From NCBI RefSeq assembly GCF_006345805.1, contig NC_043004.1:42222001-42286000 (forward strand): a stretch of DNA of 64,000 nucleotides. The letters run 5' to 3'. Source of the stretch: Octopus sinensis. Lineage: Eukaryota. The notes beneath the pieces were generated by a model, which was not told where the DNA came from, searched no databases, and saw only the letters and a list, made by a program, of their open reading frames with translations. The translations under genes were made by a program, and so were the position numbers. This document shows, piece after piece, positions 40,883 through 54,887 of the stretch. Every line of letters starts with the position of its first letter. Position 1 is the first letter of the stretch.

Positions 40883-40955
<73 letters not shown>

Positions 40956-41120
40956 TTGGCACACGGACAGCAGTTTTGGTGGCGTTTATATGACATTTCT
41001 TTTACCGATACCGAAAGGATCAAGAGCCAATATGGCCTGAACGGAATTTGTACTTAACATGTAAAGACGGATGAAAGACCGCTAAGAATTTTTCCCGGCA
41101 TGTGAACAATTCTGCTAGTT
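40670..41120 (-). mobile_element. Two decayed SINE family B copies separated by (TTA)n
   Basis: GGAATTTGAACTCAG..AAGCATTTTG..GCCAAACCACC (40670-40865) and GGAATTTGTACTTAAC..GCTAAGAATTTTTCCCGGC (40985-41120). Confidence 0.65.
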
Positions 41121-41667
41121 ACATAATAATAGCTACATAATAAAATTAGTTACATAATACTAATAATAATATTTACAATACTTCTATCATATGTACATGC
41201 AACGACATATTAAGTACTGATATTACCTACTAAATTTACCCCAATATTTGAATGGCAGTTACTTTATAGAAACCGCTTGGGATGAATGGCGAATTTGAGC
41301 CCGAATAGAATTGTAACAATACAGAATGTAAACAGCCATTCAAAGCCATTCCTCCGTTACTGTTACCCACTCTGCTCTGCCACCCACTTTCTTTAATAGA
41401 CGAAATAATAAATGCAATAACTTTATGCTGGCAATCTTAACATTATTAAATCAAAGACTTAGTATTCCGCACAACAGCGCAGAAATTTATTAGTCTCTTC
41501 GTAATTAGATTCCGAATTAATGAAGAACAATACGGTATTTCTTCAGACAATTGCAAACTGGATATATTAAGCTTTTCTCTGATTTTATTGCATCGATCAG
41601 TATGTAGAGAATAGCTTTAAAATGCGGAAAATATTCTAAAAGTGTATGTATGTATATATATATGTAT

Positions 41668-41747
<80 letters not shown>

Positions 41748-41769
41748 GTATATATATATATATATTATG

Positions 41770-41830
<61 letters not shown>

Positions 41831-42499
41831 CATGTTCCATTCAATGTCGCATACAATAAGAGTGTATATACACAGATGTGTACATATATGTACATGTGTG
41901 TGTGTGCGTGTATGTATGTATATATATTCAATTTACTATCCTCATCAAACGATATATAGAGCGAAAACACACGGAAAACATATTTAGAAGGATTAAAAAG
42001 ATGTCATACAATTTTCGTTAGTCACAAAAGTACTTTAATCCACACACACTCCTATACAAAAATGTATCTGCTTCAAAGCCATAAAGAATCATCCTCAAAA
42101 TATGGAACTGAATAAAAGCGTGGGAACTGATTTAATTAATACGCCTACGAAATTAATCAAGTAGATTTAATATGTACAGCTAGAGCTTCTGACATGCAAT
42201 AAACAAAAACGTGTCGCATCCTTGTAGGTTTAAAAAATATATCTGTAAGACCACCAAAATAGAAAATCTTCGCCAAATAACTTGGAACCCATGCAAGTAC
42301 ATTGATATTAAATAATATGAAAAAAGCTACAAAAACATTTAAGAAAATGTCAAAATGCATACAATATAGTCCTCGATGAATCGAAAGAAATATCAATATG
42401 TATGCCATATTTTAGGATAAACTATAAAACACTTTTATAGATTCCTTATCATGCCTAAATGATTAGTGAACATATTTCGGTTCATATCAATAGAAAAGT

Positions 42500-43240
42500 A
42501 ATGATTCCAAATTTTGGTACAAGACCAGCAATTTCGGAGTATATAGGGTACGTCGATTACATCGACCTCCAGTACTCATCTGATACTTATTTTATCTATT
42601 GCAAAAGGATGAAAAGCAAAGTGGACCACGGCGGAATTTGTATTCAGACCGTGAAGGAAGATGCAACATTTCGCCCAGCATGCTAACGGTTCTGGTAGTT
42701 CGCCGACTTAATCAATATAAAAAAAATTGATAAGACAATGTACTTACCGCATAGAATTGTAGCAGGAAATTGTGGAAGGTTTCTACTAGTATTCTTTCTA
42801 CTATAGTCACAATGCCTGAAATTTGGGGAAGAGGGATAATCGATTACATCAATCCCAGTACTTAACTGGTACTTGATTTTATCGACTTCCAAACGATAAA
42901 AGGTTAAGTGGACTTCCGTGAAATTTGAACTCAGAACATGAAGACGGACAAAATACCGCTAAGTCTTTCGCCTGGCGTGTTTACAATTCTAATAGCCCGT
43001 CCCCTTAAGGGTTTCACAAATGTATTTTCTACTTTTGGCACAAGATCTGAAATTTGAGGTAGATGGATAGTCAATTTCATCAATCATAGTGCATACCTGA
43101 TACGTATTTAATCGAACCCGAAAGTATGGAAAAAAAAAAGTCGATCTAGGCGGAATTTGAACTCAGAACGTAAGGACAGGCGAAATGCCGCTCAACATAT
43201 CGCCCGGCGTGTTAACGATTCTGCTACCTCGCCGTCCTCA
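42500..43240 (-). mobile_element. Three tandem SINE family B copies
   Basis: Three successive units, each with GGAATTTG(A/T)A(C/T)TCAGA and TCGCC(C/T)(A/G)GC: about 42508-42715, 42815-43005 and 43035-43240. Confidence 0.85.
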
Positions 43241-43467
43241 GGATTTCACTAATATCAAAGATAGATTCGTTTACTTCGATATTACGGAATTCAATCCATC
43301 CTTTACTAAAAACAAGTCTTCTATATGATCTACATCATGGAAAGCACATTCGGATATCGAACATCATTATAAATATATTAAGTGAGGAAATCCCTATATA
43401 CGTGAACATATAAAACGAAGTACAGGCTCTATACATCAGAGATGAAATTATAATAAAAACTTTGCCC

Positions 43468-43626
43468 ACCGTGATATCTAACGAAACTGTAGAAGTGAAT
43501 TTTTCCGATCCTTGTGGCATTAACATAGATATGTTCCTGAATACTGGCGCAACGCACCATGAATATAAACTTTTGAGGTTTCATCATCAGCACTTTCCAT
43601 CTCCACAGTCAGAGGGTTCCAGCGGC
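43468..43626 (-). pseudogene. Candidate immunoglobulin-like domain exon with a 1-nt frameshift
   Basis: RWNPLTVEMESADDETSKVYIHGALRQYSGTYLC, then after restoring one base LMPQGSEKFTSTVSLDIT|GT; resembles Ig E/F/G strands ((D)xGxYxC). An alternative open frame exists on the + strand. Confidence 0.35.
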
Positions 43627-44029
43627 TAATTCCATACAAACATTACTCATATATATAGACGCATATGTCCATAAATGTTTATAAATTGACCATCATTTTC
43701 ACTCCCGATTTCCAGCGGATCAATGACGAAGCAATAGATTGTGGTCAGTATTAAAAGCAACTCCACACATATCTATCTTAGCAACCTACTCTAAGCTACT
43801 AAGAATGCGTATGGCAACTTCACTCACCACACGCGATAGACTGGCGGTTGCACGGGCGCGAAAGCTACGTTGTTATCCTCTTTCCGTAAACGGTGGATTT
43901 TAACAGGTGGAGAGTTGAACCATCCTGGGGTACAGAGGACTCGCAATCTAGACTAGGGTCTGAAAGTTTTCCACACAATAGTGGGTTACACCATGGTTCC
44001 TCTGCTTTGTGGCAGAAGTAGGAAAAAAG

Positions 44030-44205
44030 AGAGAGAGAAAGTTGTGAAAAAGTACAGCGATGTTCACCACCACCCACCGCCGGAGCATCGTGGAACTTAG
44101 GTGGTTTTGCTCAATAAACACTCACAATGCTCGGTCTGGGGAACGAAACCGCGTTCTTACGACCGCGAGTCCTCTGCCCTAACCACTGGTCCATTGCGCC
44201 TCCAC
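44030..44205 (-). mobile_element. tRNA-derived SINE family C, 5' part
   Basis: Minus strand GTGGAGGCGCAATGGACCAGTGGTTAGGGCAGAGGACTCGCGGTCGTAAGAACGCGGTTTCGTTCCCC, a tRNA-like head with A/B boxes. Confidence 0.8.
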
Positions 44206-46431
44206 TCGTAGCTGTTGCTGCGACGTTTTGGTTTGTGCTTTAAATATTCATAGTCTGTATAAAAAACCAAAACATTCCAAGTATTCATCGTCTGATCAGG
44301 AAATATTTTAGGTATGTGGTAGGCTAACTAGAAACTTTGCTGCTATAATAGCTTATCTGGTTCCATAAGATAGCGCAATATCATCCAGAATCTCTAGAAG
44401 GACAGAACATCTCTGAGAAGGACAAAGCATTCTATATTTGCTAAAATTAGACTCCATTTCAACTACATTTTGTTTTGAATGTATTTGGAACTTATGCTTT
44501 GGCTATGAATCACTTGTGTTGGAAGTCTACTTTATCTTGACATATATTGATTTTTGTGTCTTGGACTCTTGAGTTTTGAATTGAAGCCTATCCTATAATT
44601 ATTGTATAGCAATTGGATTTCTTTCGTCTTCGCGCTCCTGCATGTATGCTGAAAATTAACGCTATATTTGTATTAACAATGACTTTATGCATACATAATA
44701 ACGATGTGATAAAATTAAGGATGTTCGTTTTGGCAGATACTGAAAACTTGTCGGATCTAATTAATGTCGTTCAGGCTTTTACTAGGATGTTATTGTTTAT
44801 GGTTATTATATGGTACTCTGTATTTAGTATAAATCTCACCAAATCTTTGACAATAAAGAGAGAGCATAATAATCATTGTCTAATACAAGTGGTCTAACTT
44901 TTTCAGATACCCCAGAAAACATTGCACAGGTCCGTATTTACAATTACCGTGACTCATTTTTGTGTCTTATTTTCATCGCATGCGTATCGTAGTTTACATG
45001 TATATGTATCTAAAATTTGTGTAATCTAAAAACAGTATTTTCATGGGTTACAAACTTTGCCCTCTATATATTTTAGATAATAAATATATAAAAATATACA
45101 CACATGTGAAATTTGACTGATGACCGCCGCTGCTGCCATGTAATGTTTTTAGATTAATAAACAGAGAGAAATAAGGTTGCTAAGAAATAATAGTGGTTGA
45201 TTGTTCAAAAGTATCAGATTAATAATATGAAACTCGCACATATATATATACGATCAACACACACGTTACATATATATACATATCAAAGCACAAACGTATA
45301 TACCGACACATTGGGTCACCTATAAATAAGCACGAAAACAGACAAATATGTTACTACACGTTTTACGATCGTAAAATTAAAAGTACGTCTTATAAAAAGT
45401 ATTTGCCAAATAAAAATCCGGTACGTTCAACACAGACTCTAAAACGTACGGACATAACTTTTGATGCAACTGAGATAATAAAGCCATTGAAACTTCCACG
45501 TAGCCAATTTTATTGTTGATTGGTCAAGGAACTTTTTAGAAACCTAACATTTAACTTGTCACTTACTCAATATTACTAAATCATATTAATCTGAATTAAC
45601 ACATTATTTTAGAAAGAAAAGACAGAAGGATGCTACAGGTGGTATAGCTGAATGAACCTGATTACTCCTCTACATTATCTTCCATAATTTCTCTTCTGAC
45701 ATTTTCATTTACAACTATAACTTGATACGTCTATGACCAGATACAACATCTCGAGGCAGTTTGCAAATTTTCACTTCTGAAAGAGATGATTTAATATGCA
45801 GTTTACTTCACGATTTGACAAAGGTTGTAGTTCAAAATTAATCTTAGTCATCATGCGAATAGTTACGTCAATTCAAAAATTCGCTTCAATAGTATTTTAC
45901 ATAGCTTTCAATAAATGTGTAACTATAGAGAAGATTATGCATTTTGCTTTTGCTTGAGTCGTTCTAATCATTTACCTGTGGGCATTATGGGCCATAACCA
46001 AACAAGTATTTAGTAGATAAAATACTTGACTCTTGGAATTTGATAACTAATTTGACTATTTTGATGTAGAAAGAAAAGGAATATCAACCGGGTATAGTCT
46101 TATGTATTATTCAATAATTTTTGTACTTTACACATGTATCAATATCCACAATGGACGCGTAGCGCAGAACTTGTAAAATTTGACTCGCTCGCTCCCACCA
46201 GATGAAATGCGAAGTCAGAATTAGCATTTTGTCCTTGTAAAAATTAATACATATTTATATGTATTTATATATGCACACACGCACACATTCATATCTATAC
46301 TTACAAGCACACACAAACACACAAATACATACAGACACACAAACACACACACAGACACACAGACACACACACAGACACACACACACACACACTCACACAC
46401 ATACACTCAAACAAATCTGCGTGATCGCACA

Positions 46432-46484
<53 letters not shown>

Positions 46485-47560
46485 GCGATATGTCTAAAAA
46501 TATGAAATTTAAAAACAAAAATCTTTAGATTTACTTACAAATTAAAAACATTCTCCTTCATAATGCCATCTTTTCATTTTTGGTCATCTGTGTCTATTTT
46601 TCAGGTTTTGGAACGTGTACTGGAATGCATTGACAGGGTTAATGCGCAGTTCAACCGATATATTTTCGTAACTCAATTGTTTCAGCTAAAACCTGCAACC
46701 GTTCAAGGTAGACTTCAAAGTTGACAGCAAAGACAAATTCCGTGGATGTATGTTCGACATTTTGAATAGAATGATGGAGCTGCATTTGGGTATTGCAGCA
46801 TCTATGCATCAGACATGCCGAAACTGTTTTTTTTTATACCTCATACGGCTGTCAAGTATAAATCTGGTTGTTTTATCGCGTTGAAAACAAAATCATTATC
46901 ACAGTCAAATTTCCAAAATAAAGCAAATACAGGGCATCAGTATCATGTTTAGATAAACTCAATGTGGTTTTTTTTGAGACGATTTTAATCCAATTACTTC
47001 AAGCAATGAGATTTGATCTCGATATCATAACTGTTCGCATGAAACTTTACAGAAAGTCTCATCGGTATTCAGAAAAAAAAAAAGAAAACAAAGAAAAACA
47101 AAAAAAAAAGCAGCTTCTGAATGCATGTGATAAATTCTTCTTTTGTTCACGCGGCACGAAACACGATATAACATATGGAGCAAACATGAAGCAGGCTCAA
47201 TATTTTCGGTTAGAATCATGTGGCACGAACCATCTAGAACGTGTCGGACATCTAATCAACAGTTTCCTTGTATCACAACATGTACTTTCAAGAGGCTTCG
47301 TGGTAGGACATCCAGTACACATTTACCAATATCTATACGGGAAGTATGGCGGGGGACTTCTAATTGTGACTAGCACGCTGCCATCCAACGGAATTAAGAA
47401 TTTAAAGTCAACATTTTCCTTATAAAAATTAAAATGTCTCTAGATGCTTTTCGGAGGGCATTCTTGAAAGGTTGGTATCTCTTGAAAAATTGTGCAAGCT
47501 CAAACGAGCCACTCCAGAAGCCTAATTATACATCAGAAAACTCATCGTATATACTTTGTC

Positions 47561-47990
47561 GGATCTTTTCAGTTTGAACGGCAGTTTTTCTAGCGGTGTC
47601 ATATGAAATTGTCACCCATAATTATGACCCTAGAATCGATCTGTTGCATTTCAATCTGTTTTAGGGTTAGGGTTAGTTAGGGTTATGGTTAGGGGTGGCG
47701 GGAAGGGTATCTTTTTTTCTTCACAAATGTAAATAAATCCAATCTGTTTCTTAAACGGGGGACATATTCATACGGCACAGAATGTCTTTTACCTCAATGG
47801 ACGTCATCGATTGGTTGCAATCGCAGAAATTGAAGAAACAACAACAAATATCTTACAAACTATAGAATTTTTTCAATAAAGCCAAGATAAAAAGATGTTT
47901 TATAAACACATTCTACCAGTATACGAAGTTTGAAATTTTTTAGTTACCTAGAAATTATGTTAAAAACTGCCGTTCAAACCGAAAAGATCC
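47561..47990. mobile_element. Second copy of the TTAGGG-carrying MITE
   Basis: Same TIRs and body as 36181-36614. Flanks ACTTTGTC / ACTTTGTA form a near-matching duplication; telomeric tract is degenerate. Confidence 0.92.
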
Positions 47991-48350
47991 ACTTTGTATT
48001 TTAAATTTGAATCAGGCTTTCATGAAATCACTTTGCTCTTCCACATCTTTCAATGTTCAATTTGCAACAGATCGCTAAGTACACTAATAATACATCAACT
48101 CTTGCGCCCGCAGGTAGTTGATTAATGGATATGAGGTAAAGTAGTCATCGTCACTATCACTGAAGTCGCGACCACACTGCAAAGTAAGAGTGCTCGCTAA
48201 CCTTACGGTTTAACTCGTATAGACGGTTAGCAAGTGCTAACTGTTAAATTTTTCTGGAGATCATAATAGGTGCAATCAGTAACTACAGACATAAAAAATA
48301 TCATGGAAAAATACTGCCATCAGATAAATAAATAATTGAATACACACACA

Positions 48351-48394
<44 letters not shown>

Positions 48395-48770
48395 CTTCCA
48401 AAATCAGTGATTATTTAGGGACCACTATTTCGAAAGGTACAGCTTTTTCTACTCGTTATTTATAAATCATTGGTGCATTTGACTATGTTAGCAAATATTT
48501 AAGCGCCAATATGGAAAAGTTGTGACTTTCAAGAAGGAAAGAGACAGGTGAACCCGAAGTAAAACTGCAATGGAAACGGTAAAATATATATAAGATTGTC
48601 CTAAATATGTGAGCATTATCGTTGTTGCTATTCAAATTCCTGCGAAAGAAACAAATTCCCTCCTTATAGAAATAATTTTGATGAAAAAAATGTTACAGCA
48701 CAAATACATTTACACTCTTCGAACGTACTTACGTACATACATACATACATATATACATACATACATACAC

Positions 48771-48988
48771 ACGAGGGGGTGCTGAAAATTTCTCCGACTT
48801 CAAGAACATCGCGAAAGGCCTTGTTAGAGGTCCAAATTTTCGCGTTCTTTTACAGGGCTTAGGAAAACTGAAGGACCGTTGCAATAAGTGTGTGAATCAT
48901 AGGGGAACATGCACAATAAAATCATAATTAAGTGATCCCCCAGTATTTTCTATTACCCAAAACAATAAATCTTTCATCAACCCTTCGT
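48771..48988 (+). mobile_element. mariner-derived MITE (about 220 bp)
   Basis: ACGAGGGGGTGCTGAAAAT ... TTTCATCAACCCTTCGT TIRs; internal FYRA.EKLKDRCNKCV-like mariner C-terminal coding remnant. Confidence 0.75.
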
Positions 48989-49576
48989 CAAATGACTGTA
49001 AAAGAGTAAAAGCGTAAGAGTATATATTTCAGTTTGAAGATTCACAAACCCAGATAAGTTGAGCCTGTGTTATATTTAACACTAAAATCCACGAGACAGA
49101 TGTACACACCCAAAGCACATATTCACACATGCACATAAAACGACACATACACACGCACGCACACATGCGCGCGCGCACACACACATGCGCGCGCGCACAC
49201 ACACACACACACATACAGAGTTTCAACACGAATGAAAGATTTATCATTGCTTGGAAATATCAGAGTGCACCGGCAAAGTGTTCGTTCATTGAAATTATAA
49301 ACAAGATCATCGGTCCTTCGAAGTTCTGGATACTTCTGACTAAGGAGAAAGATGTGGCAATGGAATGATTATATGGCCACAGCTCATAAGCTGAAACTAG
49401 AACCAATCAATCAATCAATCATATTACGAACAAGTCGTGCTCGTAAAAGGAAAACCTATTTTCCAACAAAAATCTATACGTTCGGATCTATACGTTCGGA
49501 TAACGCTCTTCTACAGAAAGGGACACAGAAAACAAGGAGAGAAAAAATGTGTGTAGTGGCTAACGATCTATCATGG

Positions 49577-49578
49577 CG

Positions 49579-49649
<71 letters not shown>

Positions 49650-49670
49650 GTCTGTCTGTCTGTCTGTCTA

Positions 49671-49765
<95 letters not shown>

Positions 49766-49786
49766 GTCTGTCTATCTGTCTATCTT

Positions 49787-49864
<78 letters not shown>

Positions 49865-49890
49865 AATCTATCTATCTATCTATCTATATG
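49577..49890. repeat. (TATC)n/(TGTC)n microsatellite
   Basis: Direct reading. Confidence 0.95.
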
Positions 49891-51276
49891 CATGTACATA
49901 TGCGTGTGTTTGTGCGTGTGAACCTGAGTGTATAACCGGTATGTGTTAACAGAGTTTCCATCTACCGTCTACCAAGTTTTCCCCAATATCCCTCATTAAG
50001 TCCGAGGATTCTTCATGAATATTCTGTGCTACGGCGTTGAATTATAAGTCACGTGTTTCATACGAATCTCTTTTAACACACCGTATTTCCATTTAACATG
50101 AAATTTTACAAATGGCTCTATAGTGCTGTTGCAGAGATCGTGGTTAAACATATTTTCATTCTACGTGGAAATGACTGTGTGCAACTAAATCTGCATATCA
50201 TTAGCGGATAGCATACGTTAGCAAATGTCGTCTCAAGACAGGGAATTAATTCGATACAAATATATCGATTTAGGCCGAACTCCTGTGACCTCTCTGTGAT
50301 AATTCTAAAAGTAGCGATGATATGAAATTTGCAACCTCCCAAGTCAAATTGTTATGTTATTCATATACATGCATCCCAAACTAACATATTCTTGGCTAAT
50401 TTTCGTTATACTTCTCTCAAGTAGAAGCAGTACAGAAGAGCAAAATATTTCATGATAACAAACATAAAGCGCGTCTAGATGATATCATAATTATCAAATT
50501 AAATGATAACGGGATGAATTGGTTGCTGCTGGAAGCGGCGAATCCGTCCATTTTTCTAAATATACATTATTCTCGCATTGGTTGTGAGAAACTCACATCG
50601 CACAACTCGCTTGCCGCACTGATTGTTTTGAACTCTGGCAATATGTTTCTTGGTTTGTGAGACATGTCTATGTCAGTGGTCGTACAGAACGAATCTTGTT
50701 GACATTCAATGCGGTGCCGACTACTTCAAGCTTTTCTCTATGCCGAGGGGTGTTAAGTAGCGTCGGTGTCTCTCGTTGATGTTCCCTCCAAAACTTAACA
50801 GTTCTACTGTGTTTTCAAACTTTTTGTATTAATTGGTAAAATATTTCCTTAGATCCAAGATTTTCTTAGATCTGGCACCCTTCACCGTTTCTATTATGTT
50901 AAATCTAGTAGGTAATGAAAGCTAAATGAGTTACCAGTAATTGCTGTGTGTACACATATTTTGGATACGCTGTATAGGCGCAAACGTGTCTATCTTCCAC
51001 AAAATCACAAATATATTTAAGCACACACACTCACACACATACACACAGACACACACACAGACACACACACAAACACACAGACACACACACACAACTATAA
51101 CAGTATGAATATGAATATATTAGTATACACATAGCTGAGTGTGTGTTTAGAGCCATATGTATAATATTCTAGCAGATGTGAAAAGCATGACTCTCAATAC
51201 AGACGATGTATATTTAGAATTTATTCATCATACCAAAACAATGATATACTCTGTTTTACCAACGGGCTGTTAAACA

Positions 51277-51307
<31 letters not shown>

Positions 51308-51669
51308 CCACACACACACATGTACATATATCTACGTACGCCTGTATGTACTTGTATATAAGCATATATAAAACCTTATATACATATGTACCCATACATT
51401 TACGTATATATCATATTTACGTGTATATATATATGCTGAGGAAGTCTTGGGCCAACAGGCTGACATTTTATGGATAATAAACCCAGGGTAAGCTCATAAA
51501 CCCGTCTTTTCTATTAAGGTGTACATTGCTCCACGTCTGGAGTTGGCTTTTGCTCCGGACATATATCTTCTGCAAATAATATATGAATATATATATATAT
51601 ATATATACATACACACACACATACATACACACACACATATATATATGTGTGTCTGTGTGTGTTTGTGTA

Positions 51670-51719
<50 letters not shown>

Positions 51720-51782
51720 AATACATACATACATACACACCACACACACATATCTATCTATGTATCTATCTATCTATCTATG

Positions 51783-51841
<59 letters not shown>

Positions 51842-51884
51842 TTCTATTCATAGCGAGAGAGAAAAAGAGAGAGAGAGATAAATA

Positions 51885-52746
51885 CAGGATGCAGTGGGTA
51901 AATTGTCGCCATTCTGTATTTTTATTTCTCGTATGCACGTTGTTTTTATTTGGTTTTGTAGACTACAGAGTTTAGTAGGGTCAGTTGGGCATTGTCTTTA
52001 AGACAGCACCATGACGCATTTCACTGCCAGAAATTTGGAAAATTTGGAAACGATATGCTGTACTGCTGGGCATTCACGCCGGAACCTTCAATACGAATAT
52101 TTCAGAGTGTTTGGGTGTCAATCTGAGAACATTACTGAAAGTGAAATGGTCAAACATCCAGATAACATCATGGTGTTTGGAGTAGCCACGAGTGATGGCG
52201 ACGTTATGCCTCCCTTCATCTTCCCACGTGGCCTCAAACTCAATACGGAGACCTACAGCAAGGGCCTGCAGGAGATAGTCGACCCTGGGTCAAGAGGGTG
52301 GCTGCTGGAAGATACTAAGTCTATCAACAGGACTCTGCACCATGCCACACAAGCAAGAGAACTCTGTCATGGCAGTCAAAATTACTGCGACCACATCACC
52401 CCTAACATCTGGCCACCTAACTCCCCAGACTGTACTCCGCCTGATTATGTGTGGAGCACAGTTGAGCAAGAGACCAACAAAATTCCTAGTAACACCAAAG
52501 ATGAACTGAACGCAAGTATTATGGCAGCATTCAGCAATTTAAACGAAACCATTCCGAAGGGCTGCAAGAGATTGCCAAGTAGTCTGGAGGCTGTGGTTGA
52601 AAACAATGGTGATTTTATTGAATAAATTTACTCTGAGTATTTCAAGATATTTTAATGTAATTTTCGTAAATATATCTATTAAAATGAGATGTTACAGTTA
52701 TTTTCATTTTTGTAGAAATTTACGACAATATATTCACTGCACCTAG
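51885..52746 (+). mobile_element. maT-like (DD37D) Tc1/mariner element, internally deleted, both TIRs
   Basis: TA|CAGGATGCAGTGGGTAAATTGTCG ... CGACAATATATTCACTGCACCTAG|TA (18/24 TIR match). ORF contains KHPDNIMVFGVATSDGDVMPPFIFP and NIWPPNSPDCTPPDYVW; homologous to 1-472. Confidence 0.9.
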
Positions 52747-52835
52747 TAAGTATACACACACACGCAAACACATACACACACACATACACACACACGCACA
52801 CACACACACACACACACACCCACACACACACACAC

Positions 52836-52883
<48 letters not shown>

Positions 52884-52981
52884 TATATGTATGTATACTC
52901 ACGTCAGTTTGAAAGAAAACTAGGAGAACTCCACACCATTAATTGACACCAGTTAATTGATAGAGAAGCATAATGCATTAG

Positions 52982-53121
52982 TTATCAAGAATGGTGTGAC
53001 GAACATAGAAATCCGTAAAATGCGTGACAGGAAATATATTCACGACCACGTCTATTCATTCATCGAATGAACATGATATGTGTACATAAACTGTGTGTAA
53101 TTTCCATATATATATATATAT

Positions 53122-53162
<41 letters not shown>

Positions 53163-53481
53163 ATATATATGTTTGGTGTGTGTGTGTGTGTATGTATAAT
53201 ATTATATATATTATATATAATGGTTGTGTATATATATGTATATATATAGATGATAAAATATATATATACATACATACACCCCCAGTCATATATATATATG
53301 TATTTGCATATATATATATATATATTGATTATATATATATAATCTATATCATATAATATATAATATATCAATATGTGTGTGTTGTTGTGTATATACATAA
53401 AACAGAAAGAAGACGTGGCTACGAATATATTTCCGGTCGGTCATTTTTAAGGGTTTCTATGTCCGTCATATCATCTGATAA
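52982..53481. repeat. Diverged inverted repeat (about 70-bp arms) around a TA/TG microsatellite core
   Basis: TTATCA..TGACGAACATAGAAATCCGTAAAATG..GGAAATATATTCACGACCACGTCT (52982-53053) vs the reverse complement of 53411-53481. Confidence 0.75.
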
Positions 53482-53825
53482 TTGCGTTTCGCGCGTCTGT
53501 CACTTAGCAAGTAACAATAGGATTCTCACTCACTAGAACGAGGCTCTCACGACAACAGATTATAAATAAAAGAAAAAGCAAAATAATATAATACATAATG
53601 GCTATTTTACCTCATTCCGATCGGTATTTATTTCTATTGCTACTTTTTTTCTTTCTCTAGAGCATTATTCTAATGTAATCAATGGTCTGGAACAGTTTCA
53701 GTATATATACATCTATAAATATATATATATATTATATATATATATATATATAATATATATATATAATATATAATATTAATATATATATATTATGTATATA
53801 TATATTGTGTGTGTGTGTGTGTGGA

Positions 53826-53857
<32 letters not shown>

Positions 53858-54091
53858 GTATATATAAATACATATACATATACATACACGAACATAGATA
53901 GTTGCACACATGAACACACACACGAACACACAAGCACACATCAATCATATATGTAACTATATGTGTATATATACATATATGTATATACAAATATATACAT
54001 GTATATATATATATGTATGCGTGTGTGTGAATGTGTGTGTATGCGTTTGTATTTATATATATACGTATATATATATGTATAGATATGTATG

Positions 54092-54134
<43 letters not shown>

Positions 54135-54546
54135 TTATATATAATATATATGTATACACACACATATATAAATATACATACACAAACACGTAAGTCTATG
54201 TAACCGGGTATAACGGATGAGGTTAAGGGCGGGATTGGATTGGACGTCTATGTTAATCTAAAGCTATAAGATTATGGGCAGTTTTCCCTTTCTTTTTATA
54301 TTTGATCTGTTTATAGTTATTTTATTACACCATGGTTTTAGAGTATATTAATGATAACCTTTGGTTTTCTTCACATCATTTATTCAATAGATTCACCTCT
54401 ATTGGAAATGAATATATTTGAATAATTTATCAATAATACATCTTCGTATGTTTCTATCTTCCTATGTTCTATGTTCCAGTACCGCTTTCTTTCGCTTGTT
54501 CTTCTTTGTTGTATCTTACTATTATTCCTTCTCTCTTTCATCTATC

Positions 54547-54615
<69 letters not shown>

Positions 54616-54887
54616 TAATATATATATATAATACTATATATATAATATATATAATATATATATATTATATATCCTAGCTCCTTTTTTCTCATTCTATTTT
54701 GTTTCCTTCCACCTTCTTTCTTCCCTTGTATTCTGTGACTTATCAATGTGTTTCTTCTCTACACTTTCTGTTCTTCTTCCGGTATATCACCATCTTTCTT
54801 AGTTCACCTCCTCTCGTTTTCTCTTGCTCACCCTGCTTTTATTTTTATCCTTTTACTTCTCCTCCACTTCCTCTTCACCTCCTTTTA

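Noticed and set aside
43565-43595. Minus-strand CTGATGATGAAACC
   Set aside because: There is no helix II between the core and GAAA; it falls inside the candidate Ig-like frame.
44130-44205. tRNA gene
   Set aside because: It has tRNA-like A/B boxes but no complete cloverleaf, and it continues into a SINE body.
48090-48180. Minus-strand acceptor followed by CGRDFSDSDDDYFTSYP.., faintly CUB-like
   Set aside because: The frame stops after 30 codons with no good donor, and the similarity is too weak.
49474-49503. 14-bp tandem duplication ATCTATACGTTCGG x2
   Set aside because: An ordinary local slippage duplication with no further structure.
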